Part shown: in pieces, positions 19,532-27,360 of the stretch
Position numbering within the stretch: the stretch's first letter is position 1
Layout: every line of letters starts with the position of its first letter
From: Candidatus Saccharimonadota bacterium
GTDB lineage: Bacteria > Patescibacteriota > Saccharimonadia > Saccharimonadales > UBA4665
Length of the DNA: 32,000 nucleotides
Assembly: GCA_963716945.1 (NCBI GenBank)
Contig: OY970322.1
Coordinates: 780,001-812,000, forward strand
Direction: 5' to 3'
The notes under the pieces: generated by a model
Database searches by the model: none
Told to the model about the DNA's origin: nothing
Seen by the model: only the letters and a program-made list of their open reading frames with translations
Program-made: the position numbers and the translations under genes

Positions 19532-20881
19532 CTAATCTTTTTCGAGAAATTGGTTGAGGGCGCTGCGGACGTCGGCGACACCGTACAGGCCGGTCAGTTT
19601 CTTGCCCGTCTTCTGCCGCGGGCCGATCGCGCCGTCGAAACCCAGCTTCTTGGCCTCGGCCAATCGCCTGTCGGCGTGCGGCACGTGGCGGACTTCGCCG
19701 CTCAGGCCGACTTCGCCGAATACCACGGCATTGCGTTTAAGCTGCAGGCCTTTGGCAGCCGAACCGATAGCCAGGCAAATCGCCAAATCGGCCGCCGGTT
19801 CGCGAATCTGGATGCCGCCGACGATATTTATATAAATGTCATGTTCGGCCAGCTTAAGCTTGGTGCGCCGCTCCAGCATCGCCACCAGCAAATTCAGGCG
19901 GTTGAGGTCGAAGCCGCTAGCCGCCCGTTTGGGATAGCCGTAACTGGTCCGGTTGACCAAGGCCTGGACTTCGACCAACAGCGGTCTGGTACCTTCCAAA
20001 GTGGCCAGCACAATCGAGCCGTCGCTAACCTGGCGCTCGGCTAGCAAAGCTTCCGAAGGATTAGTCACCGGCTGCAGCCCCTGCTCTACCATTTCGAAGA
20101 TACCGGCTTCATCGGTTGAGCCGAAACGGTTCTTGACCGCCCTGAGCAGTTTGAAGCCGCCATAGCGGTCGCCTTCCAGCTGCAGTACGACGTCGACGAC
20201 ATGCTCGAGGACCTTGGGACCGGCAATCGAACCTTCCTTAGTCACGTGGCCGACCAGGATGACGGCCGTATCGGACTGCTTGGCGGCCAGCGTTAGCAGC
20301 TGGGTGGCACCGGTAATCTGGGAAACGGTCCCGGCAGCCGAAGCTATGGCAGCACACCTGACGGTCTGGATGGAATCGACGATAACGAGCTTGTGGGCTC
20401 CGGCGGCGATCGTCGCTGCAATATCGTCGGCCGAGGTACTGGTAGCCAGTTGCAGGTCCGAGCGCAGCGTACCGAGGCGTTCGGCGCGCAAGCCGACTTG
20501 GTGAGCCGACTCTTCACCGCTAATATATAAGACCGGCGCTTTGGCGGCTACCAGATACGCCAATTGTAATAACAGGGTGCTCTTGCCAATGCCCGGCTGG
20601 CCGGCAATCAGGTTGACGCTGCCGGCTACAATACCGCCGCCGAAGACATCATCGACTTCGGCCAGGCCGGTCTTTAGCCGCGGCTGGTCGGCCGCCACCG
20701 ATCTGGCAACGGTCTGAGGCTTGAGGGCCCGGCCGCCGGCAATACTGCCGGCGACGGCGCCGGGACTGAGCTGTTCTTGCAGGGTGTTCCATTCGCCGCA
20801 CTGCGAGCAGCGGCCGCTCCAGCTGCTGCTGATAGCCCCGCAATTGCTGCAAACGTACCTGGTGGCTGATTTCTTGGCCAA
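19532..20881 (-). CDS. radA: DNA repair protein RadA (Sms)
   Basis: 449 aa with an N-terminal C4 zinc finger (CSNCG..CSQCGEWNT), Walker A GQPGIGKST, the KNRFG motif and a Lon-like C-terminal domain. Confidence 0.95.
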   Translation of the reverse strand: MAKKSATRYVCSNCGAISSSWSGRCSQCGEWNTLQEQLSPGAVAGSIAGGRALKPQTVARSVAADQPRLKTGLAEVDDVFGGGIVAGSVNLIAGQPGIGKSTLLLQLAYLVAAKAPVLYISGEESAHQVGLRAERLGTLRSDLQLATSTSADDIAATIAAGAHKLVIVDSIQTVRCAAIASAAGTVSQITGATQLLTLAAKQSDTAVILVGHVTKEGSIAGPKVLEHVVDVVLQLEGDRYGGFKLLRAVKNRFGSTDEAGIFEMVEQGLQPVTNPSEALLAERQVSDGSIVLATLEGTRPLLVEVQALVNRTSYGYPKRAASGFDLNRLNLLVAMLERRTKLKLAEHDIYINIVGGIQIREPAADLAICLAIGSAAKGLQLKRNAVVFGEVGLSGEVRHVPHADRRLAEAKKLGFDGAIGPRQKTGKKLTGLYGVADVRSALNQFLEKD

Positions 20882-20903
20882 AGTTCCTCCTAGCTTAATA
20901 TCA

Positions 20904-20912
20904 AGTTTAGCA
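20904..20912 (-). promoter_or_regulatory. Extended -10 element TGCTAAACT upstream of radA
   Basis: The minus strand reads TGCTAAACT, followed by a 23-nt leader containing AGGAGG and then the ATG at 20881. Confidence 0.4.
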
Positions 20913-20947
20913 CCCCTTAGTTAACTATTCCTTAAACCCGGTGGTCC

Positions 20948-21973
20948 TTAACGGGTGGCCTGGGCTTGCGGTGTCAGCCGCGTATCAAGGGCGTTGGCCA
21001 GCGTGGTCAGCTGGCCGGCCAGCTGGTTGCGGGCAGCGACCAGCTGGTTATAGGCATTGACGTCGGCGGCCAGGCTGCCGACGCCGCTGTTATAAGCGCT
21101 GATTTCACTATTGTAGCCGGGCACGGCAGCGTTATAGCTGTCAATCTGGCCTGACGCCCGCAAGCCGTCCAAACGGGCCTGGTCGGTGTTGATCCGGACG
21201 AGTTGGGATTCCAGCGCGGTCTGCTCGGCGTCAATGTGCTGCTTCATCGACTTAAGCTGCTGGTCATCTTTGCTGACGGCTGCCTGGCGGCTGGTAAAGA
21301 CAGCCTGGTACTTCTGCTCATAAGCCACGATCACCTCGCGATCGGTGAAGAAGCGCTTGTAGTAGGCCTCCAGCGGCGCCGGCAGATTGGCGATTTCCGT
21401 GCCGAAGGTAGAGTTCATTTCATCCATCACGTCATGCGGTTCGGTCTGCTGGTAAATTTTGACCTCGGCCTCGACCTGCGAATCATGCAAACCGTGGTTG
21501 TAGTAATTCTCCAGCAAGCCGTCGACGTAATTCCTGTCATTGGTGCTGAGCCGGGCGTAAACCGAGTGCAAAACCTCGTGCGCGGCCGTCACCTCTTGGA
21601 CCCCGGCCAGCGCCGGGTCCTGCACGTTGTAGATGAAAATACCGTTCTGGCCGGAATGGTAGCAGCCCAAGACAATAGTATCTTCGTTCTCCGGACAATA
21701 CTTGCGGAAACCGCTGACCGTGGGCAGCAGTTGCGGCCGGTTCAAGTAAAACAAATGCCGCGTGTAGTCGTTCATCGTATCCTGGCTGGCCAGCTGGGCG
21801 ACGGCTGCCGGCGGCTGGTAACCTCGGAGCCGCCACCAGTCGCTGATGCTCTGCCGGTTGACGGCCAGCAGGCCGGCGATGGACAGCCAGATCAAGACCA
21901 GCAACAGGCCCCAGAAGGAGCGGCGTTTAGGTTTGGGAGGCTGGTAGAAGGCGTTATTCGCTGGTTGTAGCAT
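20948..21973 (-). CDS. Membrane-anchored protein with an HEXXH zinc-metalloprotease-like motif and a C-terminal coiled-coil/YN-repeat region (hypothetical)
   Basis: 341 aa with an N-terminal TM helix (FWGLLLVLIWLSIAGLLAV). HEVLH is encoded at 21566..21580. The C-terminal 110 aa are Gln/Ala-rich with repeated xYN motifs. The start overlaps the clpC 3' end by 20 nt. Confidence 0.65.
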   Translation of the reverse strand: MLQPANNAFYQPPKPKRRSFWGLLLVLIWLSIAGLLAVNRQSISDWWRLRGYQPPAAVAQLASQDTMNDYTRHLFYLNRPQLLPTVSGFRKYCPENEDTIVLGCYHSGQNGIFIYNVQDPALAGVQEVTAAHEVLHSVYARLSTNDRNYVDGLLENYYNHGLHDSQVEAEVKIYQQTEPHDVMDEMNSTFGTEIANLPAPLEAYYKRFFTDREVIVAYEQKYQAVFTSRQAAVSKDDQQLKSMKQHIDAEQTALESQLVRINTDQARLDGLRASGQIDSYNAAVPGYNSEISAYNSGVGSLAADVNAYNQLVAARNQLAGQLTTLANALDTRLTPQAQATR

Positions 21974-24441
21974 AGGCCAGGCTGCCGTTTTTGGAGGCTA
22001 CCTGAATAATATCACCTTTTTCGTACTTTTCATCGAGCAGGTCGAGGGCCAAATGGTCCTCAATCGTGTCCTGGATCAGCCGGCGCAGCGGCCGCACGCC
22101 GTTCTTGGCATCATAGCCGTGCTCCAGCAGATACTGCTTGGCACCGGTGCTCAGCTGCACGCTGAGACCCTTGCGTTGCAAACGGACCTTGAGGGAATCG
22201 ATTTGCAGGTCAATAATCCGGTAGATGTCTTGGTGCGTCAGCGCCCGGAAAACGATTACCTTGTCGATGCGGTTCAGCAACTCCGGCCGCAGCAGCTTCT
22301 TCAGCTCGTCTTGGACACGGGCCTTATTGGTTTCGTGCACGGCATCCAGATCCTTGAGGTCGCTCGTTGTTGCTGGCGTGGAAGCCGAGGTTGGCTTCTT
22401 TTTGCAGCTTATCGGCGCCGACGTTGCTGGTCATGATGACGATGGTGTTGGTGAAATCGATCTTGCGGCCTTTGGCATCAGTCAGATAACCGTCTTCCAG
22501 CATCTGCAGCAGCATGTTGAAGACGTCGGGGTGGGCTTTCTCGATTTCGTCGAACAGGACCAGGCTGTAAGGCTGGCGGCGGATCTTGTCGGTCAGTTGG
22601 CCGCCTTCGTCATAACCGACGTAGCCGGCCGGGGCGCCGACCAGGCGCGAGACGTTGTGGTGCTCGCCGAACTCGCTCATGTCGATCTTGACGAGTGCGT
22701 TTTCGCTGCCGAAGAATTCGCGGGCCAACACCCGGGCCAGCTCGGTCTTGCCGACACCGGTCGGACCGAGGAAGATGAACGAACCGATCGGCCGCTTGTC
22801 GCTGCCGATACCGCTGCGGTTGCGGCGGACGGCTTTGGCGACGGCGCTGACGGCCTCATCCTGGCCGATAACGTATTTGCTCAGGGTTTTTTCAAGCGTG
22901 AGCAGGTATTTGGCTTCGCTGCGGATGACTTTTTTGACCGGTACGCCGGTCATGCGGGCGACGACGTCGGCCAGGTCTTCGCTAGTGACCGTCAATTTCT
23001 TAGCGCTCTGGTTTTTGGCGCGTTTGGATGTAAGCTCCTCATTGATTTGCGAGGCGCGGGTTTTGGCGCGGGCGGCTTGTCTCGTAGTCTTCGGCGTCGA
23101 CGGCTTCTTCGATCTGGGTATTAATCAGCTTGAGTTCTTTTTGGAGGGCGCGGACTTCGGGGCTGGTTTTGCCCTTGTCGACCCGCAAATGGGCGGCCGT
23201 CTCGTCAATCAGGTCAATAGCCTTGTCGGGCATGAAACGGTCGTTGATGTAGCGCTTGGCCAGCGTCACGGCGTCGTCCAGCACTTCGTCGCTCAGGGTT
23301 ACGCCGTGGAAGCTTTCGTAATGCTTGCGCAAACCTTTGAGGATCGCCAAAGTTTCACTGGCCGTCGTCTCCGGCACTTGGATCGGCTGGAAACGGCGCT
23401 CCAGAGCAGCATCTTTCTCGATGTACTTGGTGTATTCGGCCGTGGTCGTGGCGCCGATCAGCTGAATTTTGCCGCGGGCCAGCGCCGGCTTGAGGATATT
23501 GCCGGCGTCCATGGCGCCTTCGGCCGCGCCGGCGCCCACAATCAGGTGCAGCTCATCAATGAAGACGATGGTCCGGCTGTCTTTCTCGAGCTCGGACATG
23601 ACTTTCTTGAGCCGTTCTTCGAATTCGCCACGGTACTTGGTACCGGCAATCATGCCGGCCAGGTCGAGCGTAATAATCCGTTTGTCAATCAGGCTATCGG
23701 GCACGTCTTCGGCAACTATCCGCTGGGCCAGGCCCTCGACGATAGCCGTTTTGCCGACGCCCGGTTCACCGATCAGAACCGGGTTATTCTTGGTCCGGCG
23801 GTTAAGAATGGTTATCACGCCGGCGAATTTGGTTGTCGCGGCCGACTACCGGGTCAAGTTTGCCGTGGCGGGCTTCGGAAGTCAGATCGGTACCGAAGAA
23901 GTCCAGGGCGCGTCTTTTTGGCGGTCTTTTTGCCGCGGCGGCGGCCGTCGCTGCCGGTCTCCTGCTCTTCGTATTGCTGCCGGTTGAGGAACTGCTCCAG
24001 CTCGCTGGTCAGGCCGTCGACATTGACGTTCATGTCGCGCAGCAGGATGGTAGCGCGGGCGTTCTTCTGTGACAGAATGCTGTACAGGATGTGCTCGGTG
24101 CCGCAGTAGTCCTGGCCGTAATCCTGGGCGGTGTCATAGGCCATCTTAAGCGTCAGCTTGGCCGTCTCGCTCAGGCCTTTGGCGCCGACAACGTTAATAA
24201 CCAGCGTCTTGGGCGTCAGGTTGAGCGCCAGGCGGGCGCGGTCAAGAGTGACTCCGGTACCTTCGAGGATTTTGGCGGCCATGCTGCCGTCCTGGGCCAG
24301 CAAGCCTAGTAATAAGTGCTCGGTACCGACATAGGCGCTGCCGAAACTGCGGGCAATAGCGTCGGCGTGCTTCAAGCTCTGCAGCGCGTTGTTAGTCAAA
24401 TGGTTTAAAAATTCTTGGAAGTCGGGCGAATTTGGCATCAT
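21954..24441 (-). pseudogene. clpC: ATP-dependent Clp protease ATP-binding subunit ClpC-type (Clp_N, AAA+ D1, UVR-like linker, AAA+ D2), interrupted by four +1 frameshifts
   Basis: Fragments 23854..24441, 23039..23818, 22324..22995 and 21954..22340 are colinear with ClpC: Clp_N repeats, [39 protein letters not shown] and RPELLNRID. Frame shifts lie near 23905-23913, 23819-23824, 23076-23080 and 22359-22364. 2488 nt minus 4 is 2484 nt, or 828 codons. Confidence 0.9.
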
Positions 24442-24506
24442 AGCTGGTTTTGTCTCCTATATTAGCGGCGTTAATCGTCAATATGTCAGAAAAATAGCCT
24501 ACTACC

Positions 24507-24534
24507 ATAATAGCACTTAGCACTCTCACGTCAA
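24507..24534 (-). promoter_or_regulatory. clpC promoter: -35 TTGACG (24529..24534), 16-nt spacer, extended -10 TGCTATTAT (24507..24515)
   Basis: The minus strand reads TTGACG-TGAGAGTGCTAAG-TGC-TATTAT. A roughly 60-nt leader follows, with AGGAGA (24453..24458) before the ATG at 24441. Confidence 0.55.
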
Positions 24535-24543
24535 GAGTGCTAA
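24517..24543. promoter_or_regulatory. CIRCE operator (HrcA binding site), perfect consensus TTAGCACTC-N9-GAGTGCTAA
   Basis: 24517 TTAGCACTC tcacgtcaa GAGTGCTAA 24543. The spacer contains the clpC -35 hexamer, and an extra TAGCACT half-repeat abuts at 24511..24517. Confidence 0.85.
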
Positions 24544-24558
24544 TTTACAGTGGTGGTT

Positions 24559-25149
24559 CTAGCCGTTTATGAGGTCGACACGGGTTGTGACCGACGCGCT
24601 TTGAACGATTTGCAGCACCTGCTCGTCCTCGGGCACGCCGGCGCTTACCACATACAAGCCGTCGGCCGGCTCCAGTATGTGGTCGACCATGCCGATAGCC
24701 GGGTCCTGGATAAAAGCTTCGCCCTTACCCAGCAGCCCGACCGAAAATACCGAGCCGGCGTCGGGGTTGACCTTGCCGCTATGATGCCTCAAAGAAGCCG
24801 TGCCGTGGAAGTCAAGATGGAACTGGCCCAGGCCGTTGCCCGTAAGCTCTTCGGTTTTTTCAAAAATCCGCAATAGCCGGGCCATCCGCCGGGAATGGAC
24901 GGACCCGGGCTGGATAGCCTCGACGTCGATCGTCAAGACGGACCGGCCGGGATTGTCCCATACGCTATTCATGGTAGCGAACGGTACGCGTCCCTGGCTG
25001 CCGGCGTGTGTCGCCAGCCAGTGCAGCGCGACGGCATGCTCGCCGGCGGCTTTGGCCTCCTCGCGGCTGATAAAGCCTTCCTCGATGCGCCAATGCTTGC
25101 CTGATTTTTCGTTCGAGCTCATTTGGGCTGCGCCGCGGCTATTCGCCAT
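24559..25149 (-). CDS. Hypothetical protein (196 aa)
   Basis: ORF between nusA and the clpC promoter. The start was set to the ATG at 25149 (MANSRG..), which overlaps the last 11 nt of nusA. An alternative ATG lies at 25122. I recognise no secure motif. Confidence 0.5.
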   Translation of the reverse strand: MANSRGAAQMSSNEKSGKHWRIEEGFISREEAKAAGEHAVALHWLATHAGSQGRVPFATMNSVWDNPGRSVLTIDVEAIQPGSVHSRRMARLLRIFEKTEELTGNGLGQFHLDFHGTASLRHHSGKVNPDAGSVFSVGLLGKGEAFIQDPAIGMVDHILEPADGLYVVSAGVPEDEQVLQIVQSASVTTRVDLING

Positions 25150-26308
25150 GCTCCTCGATGGCTTCAAGCAGTGAACTTTCCAGTTCGTTCTTCTTCTTGA
25201 GCTTGGGTTGTTTGGGCAGCTCGGTGGTCTGGACCTGGCCTTCCGGCTGGACGTCAGGCTGGCTGGCGGCCTGTTCGGCCTCGATGTCCAGCTCGTAGCC
25301 GGTCAGCTTGCTGGCCAAACGGACGTTCTGGCCGTTTTTGCCGATGGCGATGCTGAGCTGGTCTTCGGGCACAATGACGCGGGCCTTGTGGTTTTTCTCG
25401 TCGATGACGACCTGGGTGACCTTAGTCGGGCTGAGGGCCTGGGTAATGTACTCGGCAGGCTTGTCGGCCCAGACGATGATATCGATCTTCTCCTGCTCGC
25501 CGACTTCGCCGACGACGGCGTTAACCCGCGTGCCGTGGCCGCCGACGAAGGTACCGACCGGATCGACGCCCGGCACGTTGCTGGCGACGGCGATTTTGCT
25601 GCGGACGCCGGCTTCGCGGGCGATGCCCTTAATCTCGACGGCGCCGTTCTCCATTTCGGGGACTTCGGCCCGGAACAGCCATTCGATGAACTCCTTGTTG
25701 CCGCGACTGACCACCAGCTGCGGGCCGCGGAAACCGCGCTCGACGTCTTTGAGGAAGACTTTCAGGCGCTGGCCCGGGTAATAGCGTTCGCCCTGGATTT
25801 GTTCGCTGCGGGGCATGATGCCCTGGGCTTTGCCGAGGTCGATGCGGCAGATGTTGCCTTCGACGCGGGCGACCGTGGCGTTGATGACGGTGCCGATCTT
25901 GTCTTCGTATTCGGCCATGATGATTTCGCGTTCGGCCTCGCGCAGGCGCTGCAGGATAACCTGCTTGGCCGTCTGGGCGGCCACCCGGCCGAAGCTCTCG
26001 GCCTTCTCGTGGATCTCAATGGTTTCGCCGACCTTGGCGTTCTTGCGGCGGGTTTGGGCTTCGGCGAGACTGATCTCAAAAGCCGGATTCTCGACTTTTT
26101 CAACGATGTCCTTGGTGACGTAAGCGTCGACATCGCCGGTGTTGAGGTTCATGGTAACGCGGATTTCCTGCTCGCGGTCGCCATAATCGCGGCGGTAAGC
26201 GGCGGCCAAGGCCTGCTCGACGACTTCCTTGACGGCGTCCTCGGGCAAGTTCTTCTCTTCGGCGATCGTCCTGATGGCTACCGCCAGTTGTTTCATATCT
26301 AAGTCCAT
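25139..26308 (-). CDS. nusA: Transcription termination/antitermination factor NusA
   Basis: 389 aa with the NusA N-terminal domain, an S1 domain and two KH domains (..GKNGQNVRLASKLTG..). AGGGAG lies 7 nt upstream of the ATG. Confidence 0.95.
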   Translation of the reverse strand: MDLDMKQLAVAIRTIAEEKNLPEDAVKEVVEQALAAAYRRDYGDREQEIRVTMNLNTGDVDAYVTKDIVEKVENPAFEISLAEAQTRRKNAKVGETIEIHEKAESFGRVAAQTAKQVILQRLREAEREIIMAEYEDKIGTVINATVARVEGNICRIDLGKAQGIMPRSEQIQGERYYPGQRLKVFLKDVERGFRGPQLVVSRGNKEFIEWLFRAEVPEMENGAVEIKGIAREAGVRSKIAVASNVPGVDPVGTFVGGHGTRVNAVVGEVGEQEKIDIIVWADKPAEYITQALSPTKVTQVVIDEKNHKARVIVPEDQLSIAIGKNGQNVRLASKLTGYELDIEAEQAASQPDVQPEGQVQTTELPKQPKLKKKNELESSLLEAIEEHGE

Positions 26309-26359
26309 AGATACTCCCTTTCTTTAGTTAATTATCCCAAATTGTGGTTTCCAAAAATG

Positions 26360-26383
26360 AAAAAAACCGACCACTTCGGCCGG
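26360..26383 (-). terminator. Rho-independent terminator after the lipoprotein gene
   Basis: The minus-strand RNA reads CCGGCC-GAAGU-GGUCGG followed by UUUUUUU. This is a 6-bp stem with one G-U pair, a 5-nt loop and a 7-U tract, located about 40 nt after the stop codon at 26424. Confidence 0.55.
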
Positions 26384-26423
26384 ACTTACTAAACAGTATA
26401 GTATTTTAAGCGGCTTGAGTCAA

Positions 26424-27293
26424 TTACTTGGCGCTGCCTTCCGGCGTAAAACCTTGTATGTCGGTTGGGCTCTGGTTATGCTGGACCTGTTCGTAGCCAG
26501 CTTTTGGCAAGACCAAGAACCTTATAAAACGCTTATCGGCAGTCCCCATGACATTACGATTGGAGCTGGTGCTTTGCCGGTATTGCCCATAGGTGTAGCC
26601 GTTCAGCGCCCAGCTCAAGGCCACCCCGAAAGAATTACAGACAACTTCTTGGGCGGCGGGCTGAGTCGCCCCATCCCCGGTTTCCACGTCTAATACGGCT
26701 TGGCAAGCTTCGGTAGCAATATCCGTAGTGTTAGTTAGGCGGGAACTTGTAGCCGTCACGAAAGAAACTGAGTCTAGCAGTTTCGGGAAAGTCCTGTGAG
26801 TAAAAGTTGCCGCGGCAGGGACGTATGTATTGCGTGAAGCGTGCGTACTGAACTCGTTTTCTCCCGCTAAGAAGAGGACAGAGGGTTGGCTATCAATAGT
26901 TAGCCGGGCTTTCACATTGCCAGTCGAAGCGCCAGTTGATTGCTCGTAAGCGGGTAGGTCAATCTCAGGGTCTTCTTCGCTAACGTCAATCATGTCTTTT
27001 TGGGCAGTGCCATATAGTCTGGTAGCGGCTTCGGCTGATTGATAGTTTCGGTCTCCGTACGTAAAACCGACATGCTTGCCGGCCGCGGTCCGCAGCGTGA
27101 AGCTTGACAGCTGCTGATAACGCAATGGTAACGAATGATTGAACTCAACGTTGGACTGCGGCGGACCAGTGTCATGCACTATGTATTGCAAATCATGGCC
27201 AACCCGAGCATTCTCAGGACCTGGGGCCGGCGCTTCACCGCAACCGCTTACTAAAGCGGCGGCCGTCAAACCAGTGACTAGCATTCCGCGCAT
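26424..27293 (-). CDS. Lipoprotein, hypothetical (289 aa)
   Basis: The signal peptide has a lipobox: MRGMLVTGLTAAALVSGC. The mature part is Ser/Thr/Gln-rich with no known domain. GC is about 50%, lower than the flanks. Confidence 0.7.
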   Translation of the reverse strand: MRGMLVTGLTAAALVSGCGEAPAPGPENARVGHDLQYIVHDTGPPQSNVEFNHSLPLRYQQLSSFTLRTAAGKHVGFTYGDRNYQSAEAATRLYGTAQKDMIDVSEEDPEIDLPAYEQSTGASTGNVKARLTIDSQPSVLFLAGENEFSTHASRNTYVPAAATFTHRTFPKLLDSVSFVTATSSRLTNTTDIATEACQAVLDVETGDGATQPAAQEVVCNSFGVALSWALNGYTYGQYRQSTSSNRNVMGTADKRFIRFLVLPKAGYEQVQHNQSPTDIQGFTPEGSAK

Positions 27294-27300
27294 TATAGCT

Positions 27301-27328
27301 ACTTTAAATTATTCTTTGGATTTGTCAA
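27301..27328 (-). promoter_or_regulatory. Lipoprotein promoter TTGACA-16-TAAAGT, 7 nt to the ATG (leaderless geometry)
   Basis: The minus strand reads TTGACA (27323..27328), a 16-nt spacer, TAAAGT (27301..27306), AGCTATA, then the ATG at 27293. Confidence 0.45.
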
Positions 27329-27351
27329 TTCGATAAGGGCTACGCTAGACT
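27322..27351 (+). promoter_or_regulatory. pepN promoter TTGTCA-18-TAGACT, 9 nt to the ATG
   Basis: The plus strand reads TTGTCA (27322..27327), an 18-nt spacer, TAGACT (27346..27351), gtaagacat, then the ATG at 27361. There is no SD. Confidence 0.45.
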
Positions 27352-27360
27352 GTAAGACAT

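Noticed and set aside
24559-25149. Nudix-box-like stretch (GSVHSRRMARLLRIFEKTEELTG) in the orphan downstream of nusA.
   Set aside because: Spacing is off by one, and key residues (the first Glu and the Arg of the RE pair) are not conserved. The resemblance is too degenerate to support a call.
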